A stretch of 64,000 nt of DNA from an uncultured Gemmatimonadales bacterium (GTDB lineage Bacteria > Gemmatimonadota > Gemmatimonadetes > Longimicrobiales > RSA9): the NCBI GenBank assembly GCA_963798085.1, contig CAWCRS010000003.1:640001-704000 (forward strand), given 5' to 3'. The notes beneath the pieces are model-generated. The model saw only the letters and a list, made by a program, of their open reading frames with translations. It had not been told where the DNA came from and ran no database searches. Position numbers and translations under genes: made by a program. Shown here piece after piece: positions 31,910-45,417 of this stretch. The first letter of the stretch is position 1. Each line of letters starts with the position of its first letter.

Positions 31910-34081
31910 ATGCCGAACCCCAGGAAAACAGGCCCCGCAGTGGCGGGCGTGCTCACGGCGCTGACTCTGCTGTTCGCGTGCAGCAAGGACAGCAGCGAGC
32001 CGGGGCCGTCCGTTGCTTCCATCGAGCTGAGCGCGACCCTCAAATACCTCGAAGTCCAGAGCACGCTGCAGCTGGCGGCCACGGCCCGCGACGCCGCGGG
32101 CGCGGCGCTCACGGGCGTGCCCATCACGTGGACGAGCAGCGCGGCGACAGTCGCATTGGTGGACGGCAACGGCCTGGTGACGGGCAAGGCGGCGGGCGCG
32201 GCGAGAATCACGGCCAGCGCGGGCGGGCAGAGCGCCAGTGTGGACCTCAACGTGCGCGATAACGCTCCATTAGCAACGACGCTTGCTGGCCGTGTGGAGC
32301 GCGTCGACATCGTGCTGGAAGCGGGCAAGACGTACCACGCCACGGCCGACCTGCAGCTGGTGGCGGACCGCATGTTGCGCATCGACGGCACGTTGACCTA
32401 CGACCCGGGTGTGGCCGTGAGCGTGGGTTCGCGCGACAGCGTGATCCTCAACGGCGACATCAAGCCGGCGGGCGGCTCCCTTCCCGGCCGGGCGCGCCTC
32501 GCCGCGGCGGGCCTGAATGCGGGGCTGGGCCAGGACGTGGTGGTCTGGGGCCGCAACATGAACGTCGGCAGCGCCAATCGCTCGGGCACCCTCCAGGGCG
32601 AGGGCAACGTCTACGTGGGTGGGCTGGCCGATCCCGCGGCACCGATGATCGAGGGCGTCGTTCACTTCCAGAACGTCCTGATCGCGGCGGGTACCGGCTC
32701 CAACGGCACGGCGCAGGCGAAGGATGGGACCGCGGGCGGCAACCTCGAGATCGGGACAGCGCTGGCGCAGAACGCCGCGGCCCAGGCCTCGGGCAACGGC
32801 ACCGGCCAGACGTTTAGTGCCATTGTGTTTCTGGGGGACACGCACTTCAACGGCGGAACCGGCGGCAATGGCTACGAAATCGGCTCGCACGCTGATGCCA
32901 CCGTGGCCGGCAATCTCGTCACGGCGGTTGCCGGGCGGGGCGGACCGGGCGGTCATGTCAACATCCGGGTCAGCGGCGACTTTTCCATGCTCATTGCCCA
33001 TTCGGTGGAGATCGTGGGCGGATTCGGCGGCTTCGGCGGTGCAGTCGACTTCGAGTACAACACGGGGGAAGAACACCTGCTCGACGGTTCGGGCCCGAAC
33101 GGCGAAGGCGAATCCCTGATGGCGACCACGGGCGCGGGCGGGCTGGGCGGCCTCGTCCGGCTGACGGTGGGCCAAATCCTCAACCCCCAGTTCAACCCGG
33201 TGATCATCGGCGGCACCGGTGGCGGCAACGGCTCCCTGTTCGTGCAGGGTGGCAACGGCGTGAACGGTGCTAGCGGCGGCAATATCACGGCGCGAATGGG
33301 TGCGGCGGGCACGGCCGGCGATGCCAGCGCCGAGACGCTGACCGGCTCGAAGCAGTACAGCGTGGGCAATGCGGCGCACCAGGCGGCCGTCTCCACAACC
33401 AACGCGCTTTGGGGTGGTGCGGCTCCGGACAACAGCAGGCCGGGCGGGCCGGGCGGCACGGTGGACGTGCAGGAAGAAGGCGGCGGGCCACCCTACGTCG
33501 GTACCGAGATCAACCTCGATGCGACCAGCGTCGGCGGCAAAGGCTTCAACGGCTGCAACAGCAATCCGCTCACGAACGGTACGGATGGCGGGCCGGCCGG
33601 CAAGCTCAATTTCCCTGGGACGAAAGTGCCGAACATGTTCGGCTCGTACCGTGGCGGGGATGGCGGCGATGGCAATCAGCCGGGCGTGGGCGGCGCGCAG
33701 GGCCAGGACATTTCGCGCGGCACGGCGATCGGCTCGAAGGGCCAGAACGGCAAGGCGTGCCCGCAGCTGATCACGGTGAGCCAGACGTCGATCGCGTTCA
33801 CGCACCACGTCGGCATGACGGCCTGCCCGCAGCTCGCCGCCACGCTGAACATCCAGAATCTCACGGGCAGCACGGTGGCCGTGACGGTTCAGATCCTCAA
33901 CACGACTTCGCTGACGGCTTCGCCCAACAGCCTGGGCCTGGGACCGAATGGACAGCTGCCGGTGAACATCTTCTTCAACTGCAACCGCACCAGCTCGTTT
34001 ACCGGTACCGTGCGCATCAACGCGATACAGAACGGGGTGACGCAGACGATCGACATTCCCGTGACGGCCACGGTGTCGTGA
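31910..34081 (+). CDS. Ig-like (Big_2) lipoprotein with glycine-rich repeats
   Basis: Lipobox LFAC; ITWTSS...VDGNGLVTG Big_2 motif; recurrent GGxGGxG segments; C-terminal Ig-like domain. Confidence 0.8.
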   Translation: MPNPRKTGPAVAGVLTALTLLFACSKDSSEPGPSVASIELSATLKYLEVQSTLQLAATARDAAGAALTGVPITWTSSAATVALVDGNGLVTGKAAGAARITASAGGQSASVDLNVRDNAPLATTLAGRVERVDIVLEAGKTYHATADLQLVADRMLRIDGTLTYDPGVAVSVGSRDSVILNGDIKPAGGSLPGRARLAAAGLNAGLGQDVVVWGRNMNVGSANRSGTLQGEGNVYVGGLADPAAPMIEGVVHFQNVLIAAGTGSNGTAQAKDGTAGGNLEIGTALAQNAAAQASGNGTGQTFSAIVFLGDTHFNGGTGGNGYEIGSHADATVAGNLVTAVAGRGGPGGHVNIRVSGDFSMLIAHSVEIVGGFGGFGGAVDFEYNTGEEHLLDGSGPNGEGESLMATTGAGGLGGLVRLTVGQILNPQFNPVIIGGTGGGNGSLFVQGGNGVNGASGGNITARMGAAGTAGDASAETLTGSKQYSVGNAAHQAAVSTTNALWGGAAPDNSRPGGPGGTVDVQEEGGGPPYVGTEINLDATSVGGKGFNGCNSNPLTNGTDGGPAGKLNFPGTKVPNMFGSYRGGDGGDGNQPGVGGAQGQDISRGTAIGSKGQNGKACPQLITVSQTSIAFTHHVGMTACPQLAATLNIQNLTGSTVAVTVQILNTTSLTASPNSLGLGPNGQLPVNIFFNCNRTSSFTGTVRINAIQNGVTQTIDIPVTATVS

Positions 34082-34121
34082 GCGCTCATGGCAGGCGACG
34101 ACTGCGTCTTCATCCGCCGGC

Positions 34122-34751
34122 TCAGTGCGGCCCGGCGTGCCAGCGCACGCCCAGTTCTGCGCGCGTGCGGTGCGCGTCGGACAGATCGACGTCGCGGTAG
34201 ATGGGAGAGCCCTCGGGTCCGACATTGCGGCGCGCATCGCCCACCGCAGCGAGCAGCGCGCCCGCCAGCCGCACCGCGATGCGCTCGCCCAGGTACAGCT
34301 GCACGCCGGCACTGGCGTCCAGGTGCGTGAACGCCGTGCCGGTCCAGCGCGTCCGGCCCGCTCCCCCGCCGGCAAACGGCATGATCCGCCCGCCGCCCGG
34401 CAAGCGGACCTCCACACCTGCCGAAAGATCGTTGTAGCCGGAAGATTCCGACCCGGCGGCGTCGCTGTAGAGCGTGAACGAGCCGGTCGCCCACGGTGCC
34501 AGCCAGGGCGTGAAAGCCCAGTCGACGCTCAGTCCGAGACCTGTGGCCGCGGGGAATCGATGCTCGTCCGTCGAAGCGATTTCCGGAATCGCTTCGGTGA
34601 ATCCCCACGCGGACGTGCGCAACCCGTCGACCCCCAGGCTCAGCCCCTTCCGCACCCGCGACCCGTCGGGCCGCTGTGCCTCCAGCCGGCCGCCAGGCAG
34701 GGAGAGCAGCAGCACGGCAACGATCATCCTTCCGCCCGCATTTCTCTTCAT
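34122..34751 (-). CDS. small outer-membrane beta-barrel protein
   Basis: Signal peptide; alternating strands; PFAGGGAG; terminal ELGVRW. Confidence 0.7.
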   Translation of the reverse strand: MKRNAGGRMIVAVLLLSLPGGRLEAQRPDGSRVRKGLSLGVDGLRTSAWGFTEAIPEIASTDEHRFPAATGLGLSVDWAFTPWLAPWATGSFTLYSDAAGSESSGYNDLSAGVEVRLPGGGRIMPFAGGGAGRTRWTGTAFTHLDASAGVQLYLGERIAVRLAGALLAAVGDARRNVGPEGSPIYRDVDLSDAHRTRAELGVRWHAGPH

Positions 34752-35070
34752 TGGCACAACCTCCCGCGCGTGTGCGCCTGCCATTGCGTGCTGGCACGGG
34801 GCAGGCCGGGGCGTTCGCAAAGCCGGGCAGCAGTGTGACCGCAGAAGAATAGGCACAACGGCGACGGCGCGACGGCACCGCCGGGATCGCTGGCAGCAAT
34901 GCGGGTGCACCCGACGCGATTCGCGGGACCGCGCGAGAATGGGGAACCCGCTCAACGACTTTCCAACGGCGCGCGTCTGTCGTATCGTGCACACTGTGCG
35001 CCCGGAAGGGCACGCGTCTTTCCGGTTCATGCATGTACCGGCCAACCGGCCCACCCTCGAATTGAATCGT

Positions 35071-35720
35071 ATGAGAGGCCCAACGCGTCGAACGATCGCG
35101 CCCGCGATCCTCGCGGTCGCGGCTCTGGCCGCCTGCAGCAGCGCCACGCGCTCGCCCGCGGCCGCCTCGCCCACGCCCGTCGCCAATGCCAACATTGGCC
35201 CGGGCTCGCGCTACCCGTTCACGCCCGCCGATGTGCACTTCATGACGGGCATGATCCATCACCACGCGCAGGCGGTGCTGATGGCGGGCTGGGCGCCGAC
35301 GCACGGCGCCAGTGCGTCACTCCAGTCGCTCTGCGCCCGCATCAAGGTGGGGCAGAGCGATGAGATCCTGCTCATGCAGAACTGGCTGCGCGACCGGCAC
35401 CAGCCGGTACCCGACGGCAACCCGTCGCACGACATGATGCCGGGCATGGAGCACATGATGATGCCGGGCATGCTGACGCCGGAGCAGCTGAAGCAGCTGG
35501 ACGACGCGCGCGGCACCGAGTTCGACCGGCTGTTCCTCGAATTCATGATCATGCACCACCAGGGCGCGCTCACCATGGTGCACGAACTGTTCAGCACACC
35601 CGCGTCCGGTCAGGACGACATCATCTTCAAGTTCGCATCGGATGTGAACGCGGATCAGACCACAGAGATCGATCGGATGGGGAAGATGCTCGACGCGTTG
35701 TCGGCCGGAGGGCAGACCCC

Positions 35721-35724
<4 letters not shown>
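35071..35724 (+). CDS. DUF305 (ferritin-like) lipoprotein
   Basis: DVHFMTGMIHHHAQA, FDRLFLEFMIMHHQGA and QTTEIDRM motifs. Confidence 0.92.
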
Positions 35725-37700
<1,976 letters not shown>

Positions 37701-37758
37701 TCGAACCAGCCGCGCGGAAGTCGGTTGCGCGGCACGGCGCTAATGGTGTGTCAGGAAG

Positions 37759-37796
37759 GATGAGGGCGGTGGCCGACACCGCCCTCATCTGTTTCC
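37759..37796 (+). terminator. intrinsic terminator-like hairpin
   Basis: Perfect 13-bp stem GATGAGGGCGGTG/CACCGCCCTCATC followed by TGTTT. Confidence 0.65.
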
Positions 37797-37812
37797 GGAA
37801 AGCAGGGATTCC

Positions 37813-38214
37813 ATGACGGCACAGGCCGAGATTCAGCAGATCGTCCGCAGCATCAATGCCGCATGGACGGAAGGCCGACCCGATGACCTGGGCCGATTTC
37901 TGGCACCCGATGTCGTCTTCGTGATTCCGGACGCCGGGGCTCGCGCAGCGGGCCGCGACGCCTGCGTTCAGACCTACCGCGACTTCCTCGCGCAGGCCGT
38001 GCTGCACCGTTTCGTCGCCAGTGACGCGACCGTGGATGTGGCGGACGCGACGGCGGTGGCACTCTGCCCCTACGAAATCGAGTACGAGATCGGCGGCAGG
38101 CGCTGGCGGGGCGACGGACACGATCTGCTGGTGTTCACGCACACCGATGGCGGCTGGCGCGTCGTCTGGCGTACCATGCTGAGCAAGCCGGAACAGGAGA
38201 TGGGGACGGGCTGA
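37813..38214 (+). CDS. NTF2/SnoaL-like (DUF4440) protein
   Basis: Size and pattern fit (FLAPDVVFV...GRDA...DGGWRVV). Confidence 0.8.
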   Translation: MTAQAEIQQIVRSINAAWTEGRPDDLGRFLAPDVVFVIPDAGARAAGRDACVQTYRDFLAQAVLHRFVASDATVDVADATAVALCPYEIEYEIGGRRWRGDGHDLLVFTHTDGGWRVVWRTMLSKPEQEMGTG

Positions 38215-38349
38215 TCCGCCCGGCTCGGCCGTTTCACCAGGCACCGTTCCTCGCGCATGGGTTCGCGAAACGCGTAAACACGCGTTGCCTCCAGCGGATC
38301 CTTCATCCGCGTATCCTGCATGGGCGCCCTTCGTGCTGAGTGAGGGTTC

Positions 38350-39661
38350 ATGCGACGATTCAGTATCGTGCTCTTCAGCGCGCTCGCGCTCGGGTTCGTG
38401 CCCCTGCCGGCTCCCGTCGCGGCACAGGCGCCTGCGAAGTCCGTCACGGCTCTCGTGGATGCAACCGTCATCGATGAGGCCGGCAGCGCGCCGCTGGCGC
38501 ATCGCACGATCCTGATCGAAGGCGATCGCATCACTGCCATTTTTGCGACCGGATCGCGACCGCTGCCCGCGGGCGCCACGACGGTTTCGCTCACCGGCCG
38601 ATTCGTGATTCCCGGCCTCATCGACACGCACGTCCACCTGGCCACGGATCCGTCGGGCGAGGATGCGCGGCCGCGGGCGGAACGGCGGCTGCACACGGCG
38701 CTGGTCGGCGGCGTGACCACGGTCCGCGACATGGCCGGCGATACGCGCGCACTCGGATCGCTCGCGCGCGACGCACTGCTCGGCTCGATCCCGAGCCCGG
38801 ACATCTTCTACGCCGCGCTGTTCGCGGGACCCTCGTTCTTCGCGGATCCACGCACGCACAGCAGTGCGCAGGGCGCCGTGGCGGGCGAAGTGCCGTGGAT
38901 GCGCGCGGTCACCGATGCGACCGATCTGCGACAGGTGGTAGCAGAAGCGCGCGGCACGGGCGCGACCGGCATCAAGCTCTACGCCGCGCTGGACTCGGCG
39001 CTCGCCCGGCGCATAACGGAAGAAGCGCACCGGCAGAAGCTGCGGGTCTGGGCGCACGCGTCGCAGGGCGTACCTGGCAGGTCGGTCGGGGCGACGCCGC
39101 TCGGTGTGGTCCGCGCCGGCGTCGACGTCATTCTCGCACGCCGACATGCTGCGCTACGCGCTGGCGCGCGCGGCGGTCGATTCCGCGCTGGCCGCCATGC
39201 GCGCCGGACGGCCGCTGGAACTGTCGTCGCCCGAATTGAATACGGTGTTAGACGAAATCGTGCGTCGCGGCACGATGCTCGAGCCCACCCTGTTCGTCTA
39301 CGGTGATGCCCCCGAGCGCCTGGCCGTTGCCGCGGCGATCACGCGGCGGGCCCACCAGGCAGGCGTGGAGCTGACGGCCGGCACCGACTCGATCGCCGGC
39401 ACGGACGCGCTGATCCCGAACCTGCACGAGGAGCTGCAGCTGCTGGTGGAGCGCGCGGGACTCACACCCGCGGAAGCATTGCGCGCCGCCACGCGCAACG
39501 CGGCCGAAGCCATTGGCGTGCTCGATTCACGCGGCACCATCGAGGCGGGCAAGCTCGCCGATCTCGTCGTGCTGCGCGCCGACCCGCTGCGCGATATCCG
39601 CAACACCCGCCAGATCGAAATGGTCTTCAAGCACGGGAAGGCATACCGGCCAGGCGACTGA
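38350..39661 (+). CDS. amidohydrolase family protein (frameshift near 39135)
   Basis: PGLIDTHVH, GVTTVRD, AGTDS and GTIEAGKLADLVVL motifs. Confidence 0.88.
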
Positions 39662-39745
39662 ATCGCCGGCGTGAATGGCAGCGAGGATGTCAACCCACCC
39701 GTGAATCTGGTGGAATCCACTCGCTGTTCGCGCGGGGCGGTGCAG

Positions 39746-40147
39746 CTAACTCGCAGGCTTCAGCACGACGTCGACATCCTGCCGATCCACGTGTCCGCAG
39801 GTATTGCAGCCTGCTTCGGTGCCGGTGATGGTCAGACTCAACTGGGTGGATTGATAGCCCGGAGCGCTGAGCTGGACCTGGTAGGTGCCGGGGCCCCCCA
39901 TGATGTGGCAGAGGGTCACCGGCGCCTGCTGGCAGGGCCCGCTGCTGCTCGCCGCACCTGTGACGGTGGCCACGAGCCCGGGAATCCCATCCGGCGCGTT
40001 GGCCGCCGTAACGGATACGGTCGCGGCTTCCGGCACGGCGCAGGGCAGGTAAATGCAATCGGCAGCATTGGAGCACGCCAGCAGCGCGCCACCGGCGGCG
40101 GCGATGCGGGCAAGCCGGGCCGCCGCATGTGGCCAACGATTGAGCAT
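39746..40147 (-). CDS. hypothetical Cys-containing lipoprotein
   Basis: Lipobox LLAC; GTYQVQLSAPGY prealbumin-like pattern. Confidence 0.6.
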   Translation of the reverse strand: MLNRWPHAAARLARIAAAGGALLACSNAADCIYLPCAVPEAATVSVTAANAPDGIPGLVATVTGAASSSGPCQQAPVTLCHIMGGPGTYQVQLSAPGYQSTQLSLTITGTEAGCNTCGHVDRQDVDVVLKPAS

Positions 40148-40189
40148 CGGTCCTCCCTGGTTCAGGCAGCGGCTGACGTTGCTCGGTCC

Positions 40190-40879
40190 TCACGCACGGG
40201 TGTCGCGTTTTCCGGTTGCCGCGGCGTCCGGCTCGGCAGCCCGTGTTGCGCACGCTGCAGAATAACACGCAGCCAGCTCGGCCTCCGTCGTGACGCACAT
40301 GCCCAGATCCCGGAGCAGCCCATCGCGCAGGCCGTAGATCCAGCCGTGCACGGCAAGGGTCTGGCCGCGCGACCATGCGTCGCGGACGATGGTCGTCTGG
40401 CAAACGTGTGCGACCTGCTCGATCACGTTCAGCTCGCACAGGCGAGCATGCCGCTCCGCCTCCGTCTCGAGCGCGTTGAGCTGCGACCGGTGCTTGTCGC
40501 GCACGTCCTGGACGTGGCGCAGCCAGTTGTCGATCAGCCCGAGTTTCGTCTCGCGCAGAGCGGCCAGCACGCCGCCGCAGCCATAGTGCCCGCACACGAT
40601 GACGTGACGCACCTGCAGCACATCCACTGCGAACTGGAGTGTTGACAGGCAGTTCAGGTCGGTGTGCACCACCACGTTCGCCACATTGCGGTGGACGAAC
40701 ATCTCACCGGGCCGCAGACCCGCGATCTGGTTGGCGGGCACGCGACTGTCCGAGCAGCCGATCCACAGGAATTCCGGCGCCTGCTGGTGGGAGAGCCGCT
40801 CGAAGAACTCCGGATCCTGCCGCACCATGTCCGCGGCCCAGTCCCGGTTCTTCTCGAATATGTGCGTAAGAACTCGCAT
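40190..40879 (-). CDS. can: beta-class carbonic anhydrase
   Basis: WIGCSDSRVP, FVHRNVAN, GHYGCGG. Confidence 0.95.
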   Translation of the reverse strand: MRVLTHIFEKNRDWAADMVRQDPEFFERLSHQQAPEFLWIGCSDSRVPANQIAGLRPGEMFVHRNVANVVVHTDLNCLSTLQFAVDVLQVRHVIVCGHYGCGGVLAALRETKLGLIDNWLRHVQDVRDKHRSQLNALETEAERHARLCELNVIEQVAHVCQTTIVRDAWSRGQTLAVHGWIYGLRDGLLRDLGMCVTTEAELAACYSAACATRAAEPDAAATGKRDTRA

Positions 40880-41214
40880 CCATCCCCAATGCGGCGTCGC
40901 TGAACGCCTGCGTTGTGCGGCGGCCGGATCAGGATCACGCGCCACGCGTCGCGGGCGGATCCGGAGAGCATCATAGCCGGGACCGACCGAGGTTCGCCAG
41001 CCACGCCGGCGCGCAGTCCCGCGCCGGGCGGTGCTGTAACAGTCTGTTAGAGGGCCGGGCCGGGCGATCCCGGCGCCGGGGTGCGTGCTTCGTCCCGCCA
41101 CCACGCCGGCCCGCGTCCGTTCCGCTCCACCTGACCCTGCGGTCTTTCGCCTCGCCCACCGCGACCCCAGGTTAGGCGAAAACCGGCGACCGCCACCCAC
41201 ACATACGATCTACC

Positions 41215-42561
41215 GTGACCACGATCATCGGCGACCCCTCGCCTCCACCGCCAGCGGCTTCGCCCGCAGAACGGCAGAGCGATCCTGCCAACCCGGCCGC
41301 GCCACTGCCTCCGCACTCCCTGGCGCTGCGCGCACTCGAGCGCTTCGCGTTCATCGCGTTCGCGCTGTATCACCTGCCGCTGTTCGTCAACAACTATCCA
41401 TCGCTGGGCGGCGGCGGGTTCAACAATACGGGCCTCGCACCGAAGTGGGGACACGTATTCACGCCGGTCGGCATTGGGTGGCGCGCCACCTGTTCCACAT
41501 GAGCGGGCCCATGACGCAGGCGGCGGCCGGCGACAACGGCGATGTGGGCGAGGAATGGGCGAGGCTGCTGGTGGCGGTGGTGATCGGCATCATTGGTGCG
41601 CTGGTGTGGACGTTCGCGGACCGCAAGCGCCCGCGCGGCCAGTGGGTGGGCAATGCGCTGCAGCTGCTGCTCCGCTACTCGATCGCGCTGGGCCTCATCA
41701 GCTACGGCATCGCCAAGATCTACCCGCAGCAGTTCCCGCCCATCGGCCCGTTCGAGCTGGAGCAGCGCGTGGGTGATCTCACGCCCATGGCGCTGCTCTG
41801 GGAATTCATGAAGTACTCGCGGCCGTACGCGCTGTTCGGCGGCCTGATGGAACTGCTGGCGGTGGGGCTGCTGTGCTTCCGGCGCACCGCCACGCTGGGC
41901 GCGCTCGTCTGTCTCGTCGTAATGACTAACGTCGCGTTAATGAACTGGGCGTATGGCGTGCCCGTCAAATTGTATGCGACGATGCTCGTTGTGTCCGCGA
42001 TGGTGCTCGTGCTCTACGATCTGCCGCGGCTCATTGCGGTGTTCGTCACGAACCGGCCGACATCGCCCTCGCCCATGTCATCGCCATTGCAGGATCGCAT
42101 TCCGGCACCGTTCCGCTGGACGCTCAAGATCGCCGTGGTCGGCAGCGTTGTGGTGTCATTCGGTGATCGCGATGGCGCCATCGGCGGCGCGGGCGACGGC
42201 GGCGTCCCCGCTGGAGGGGACGTGGCTGACAACCGCGTTCGCATGGAACGGCGCGTCGCTCGACTCGACGAGCAGTCCCTTGCGCTGGCAGCGTGTCATT
42301 GTGCAGGGCGGCACCATGCTGGTTCGCCTGCGATCCGACGCGCTGTTTGCCTGCCGCACCACGCCTGGCGGGGAGGACGCCACCCTCACGCTCGCCTGCG
42401 CCGGCAACCGCAAGGGGACCCTGCACTGGGCGCGGAGCGGCGATCAACTCACGCTGGCGGGTACGATGGGCAGCGACAGCGTGTCGCTGTCGGCGAAGCA
42501 CATGAATCTGGACGAGTATCGGCTGCTGGGAACGAAGTTTCGTTTGATATCAGACCGTTAG
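41215..42561 (+). CDS. DoxX-like multi-pass membrane protein (two frameshifts)
   Basis: YGIAKIYPQQF...GDLTPMALLW...LLCFRRTATLGAL...GVPVK; three consecutive frames. Confidence 0.7.
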
Positions 42562-42574
42562 CACGAGCCGTCGC

Positions 42575-43030
42575 TCACTCCCCCATCGTCGGCAGCTGGG
42601 ATTTGCCGGCTGCATCCCGTGCGCGTTGTCGCGCATCGGCGGCGTCGAAGGTGTGCCAGAGGTTCCAGACCCAGAAGGCTACTCCAAGGCCGTACAGCGT
42701 CCCGCCCGCGCCGGTCAGATAGATGCCGGCGTTCAGGGCGTGCGGTCGCACGAGGAATCCGAGAACGAGACCGGCCAGGCCCAGGTTGGCCAGGTACAGG
42801 TGCGCCACCGCCAGACGCCGGCTCATGAGCGGATGACCGAAGAGTCTGGGCAGCAGCTGATAGCCCACGCCGAACACCAGCATGGTCAGGAACCCCACGA
42901 CATTCATGTGCGCGTGCGCCGGCAGGTAGATCACCCACGCGGGATGGATGGCCATGGCGATGCCGAGCAGGATGCCGGCCGCGAACCACAGCAGGGACGA
43001 GCGAATGAACGCCTTGATGTACGATTCCAT
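42575..43030 (-). CDS. 4-TM protein resembling a heme-copper oxidase subunit I segment
   Basis: AHAHMNVVGF and GVGYQLLPRL motifs. Confidence 0.65.
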   Translation of the reverse strand: MESYIKAFIRSSLLWFAAGILLGIAMAIHPAWVIYLPAHAHMNVVGFLTMLVFGVGYQLLPRLFGHPLMSRRLAVAHLYLANLGLAGLVLGFLVRPHALNAGIYLTGAGGTLYGLGVAFWVWNLWHTFDAADARQRARDAAGKSQLPTMGE

Positions 43031-43167
43031 TTTGCCGGATGTGGGGTTCGCAGGACTGTTGCCCCAGTATCGCGCCTGCAATCAGCTGCGGGCAATCCCC
43101 GCTGCGGGATCACGGCTTGCTGGCTCGATCCTTCGTGGGTGCGTTCTGCACCGCGCGCGAAGATCGG

Positions 43168-44103
43168 CTAACGCGCTGTATCGCGCAATGCGAGCAGACT
43201 CAGGCGGATCGACGCTGACGTGGCCGTAGCGCACCACCCAGTGCAGGTGGGGTCCGGTCACTCGCCCGGTCGCGCCCACGCGGCCAATGACCTGCCCGGG
43301 CTGTACGGTATCGCCCACGGCCACGTCCTGGTGGCTCAGGTGGAAGTACGCCGAGACCAGCCCCTCGCCGTGATCAATGTAGATGACGTTGCCGGCCAGG
43401 AAGAAGGAAGCGACGAGGGCGACGACGCCCCGGGCCGCGGCCCGCACCGGCGCACCCACCGCACCGGCGAAGTCGGTGCCCAGGTGACGGCTCTGCACCT
43501 GGCCGTTGAACTCGCGGCCGCCGCCATAACCGCTTGTTATACGCGTGGCGCGCGGGCGCACCACGCGGCCATCGAAGAGCAGCGGTTCGTCATGCGAGTG
43601 CGCCGAGATGGCGAAGGCGCGCTCCTGCTCGCCGCGGATGCGCGCGGCGGTCGCGGAATCCGGCGGTGCGCCGAACTTCGGCGCGACGGTCAGCTTCTCG
43701 AGGTGATAGGCGCCGCGCGCGACCGTTATCGCGGCCGCCAGCGTGTCGGTGCGGCCATCGCCATGCGACAACACCAGCGGCAGGTGAACCGTGCCAGCGG
43801 CATCCACGGGCAACGCGGCCAGCGCGTTCCATGTCGCGCCGGTCGCGTGATGGAAATGGAGCGGCTCGCCCGCGAGTGTCGCGCGGATGGCGCTGATGCT
43901 GTCGCCGGGCGCTGCCGTGACGCTCACGCGGAACAGTGTGCCCTGCACGGGCTGCGGCGGCTGCAGTGTCACGGTGGGTGCAGTGTGCTGGGCGGCGGCG
44001 GTGGACGCGAGGGCGGCGGTCAGCGCGAGCGGCGATGACGGGAGCGCGTCGCGTGTGCTCGATGGCGGCTGCGGCAGGCCCTGATCGGAAGGAACTGCAT
44101 CAT
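43168..44103 (-). CDS. M23 family peptidase (frameshifts near both ends)
   Basis: HLGTDF, IDHGEG, YFHLS and GATGRVTGPHLHW motifs. Confidence 0.88.
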
Positions 44104-44261
44104 CACCTGTCTGACTGCGATGGTTGTGTTGCACAGTGATAGAGCGTGGCTCGGCATGACGCAATGGCGAGTGCGCGCGAGGTCCGCGTGTCGGGTAGAA
44201 GTTCCGCGATGGGCGGCTGCCGGCTGTTCAGCGGGTGGCCTGCCTCCCGTGCCAACGAAGC

Positions 44262-44729
44262 TCAGTGCAGGCTCTTGAGCCACATCTGATGATTGAGCCA
44301 AAGCTTGACAGTGCCTGGCCTGCCGGTGCGAAATGCCTCCTCGCCGGCACGATGGATACGCGCGATAAGAGGAGGTTCGTGAGCGTCGAGGAACGACACA
44401 ATGCGTGGCATGGTCTGGATGAGGTTCTGAGCGAGAGCTTCATGCGTATGTTTGCCGACAAGCATAAGCAGGGCAACCCCTGCTCGCATCACCATGTCTC
44501 GCTCGATCGTGTTGTAGCGGATCTCTTTGTTGTGGGTAAGAGCGATCCAACCGCGACGACCAATTTCCCGCAGCCACTCTGTGTCTGGCGTGTCAGGCGC
44601 GAAATGTGTGTCGTGGCGTTCCACACGGAATCCTGCCCGCACCAGCGCGTCTGGGATGATGCGACCGAGATCTCGATCTGCAAAGAATATGCGATCAGGC
44701 TGCGGCTTCGAAGAGGATCGCCTCTTCAA
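44262..44729 (-). CDS. VapC45-like PIN-domain toxin
   Basis: IFFADRDLG, PDTEWL, GWIALTHNKEIRY; downstream of the DUF433 gene. Confidence 0.8.
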   Translation of the reverse strand: MKRRSSSKPQPDRIFFADRDLGRIIPDALVRAGFRVERHDTHFAPDTPDTEWLREIGRRGWIALTHNKEIRYNTIERDMVMRAGVALLMLVGKHTHEALAQNLIQTMPRIVSFLDAHEPPLIARIHRAGEEAFRTGRPGTVKLWLNHQMWLKSLH

Positions 44730-45417
44730 GCTCCGCTTCCCCGAGATTGTAATCGCGCATTACTTCTTCCGGAGACTCACCGGAATCCAGGCGCTGCGCC
44801 ACTGCCCGGGTCGAGACACCGACGCGTCTGATGATGGGGCGCCCGAATGAAATGAAGGGTGCGATGAGAATGACTTTCTGGCCAGCATTCTGCGGGAGCT
44901 TCTCCAATGGGAAGAACTCCGAAGGAAGTTTGCTGGAGTCGTACTCAATGCGCTCAAGGTACTGTTCAAGTATTGTTCGCATCGCCAGTTGTTGGGAGCG
45001 TGAGAGCTCAAGGATGTGCGTATAGCGATCCAGGAAGAGCTGCTTGGCGGAGGTCTTGAGCTGTGGATCAAGCAAGAGCCTGGTGATGCCAAGATCCTGC
45101 TCAGCGATCGCCAATGCATCGCGAATCGTGGAAAGGGTTACTTCGTGCACCAGGCGGAGCGCGCGAATGATGTGAGCCTCTACGAGATTGAAGAAGGATA
45201 GCCTCGCATCCGACGTGGCCGGCCTGTCCAATACTGGAACGAAGAAGCCGAGGTCAGCTTTTCTGCGGTAGGCCTGACCCACCGTCCAAGCTCGGAGCGT
45301 GCTTGCCGGAATCCCGGTAGCTCGAGCTGCCTCCGGGTAGGAGTACCGCGGTTCGTCGCGCGGATCGGCACCGCCGTAAAGGCTCAGGTCTACGGCACTT
45401 GTGGCGGTCTGGATGAT
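44695..45417 (-). CDS. DUF433 / VapB45-like antitoxin with N-terminal HTH
   Basis: YSYPEAARATGIPASTLRAW, LSFFNLVEAH and FGRPII motifs. The open frame extends to ATC 45417 behind GGAGG. Confidence 0.82.
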   Translation of the reverse strand: MIQTATSAVDLSLYGGADPRDEPRYSYPEAARATGIPASTLRAWTVGQAYRRKADLGFFVPVLDRPATSDARLSFFNLVEAHIIRALRLVHEVTLSTIRDALAIAEQDLGITRLLLDPQLKTSAKQLFLDRYTHILELSRSQQLAMRTILEQYLERIEYDSSKLPSEFFPLEKLPQNAGQKVILIAPFISFGRPIIRRVGVSTRAVAQRLDSGESPEEVMRDYNLGEAELEEAILFEAAA

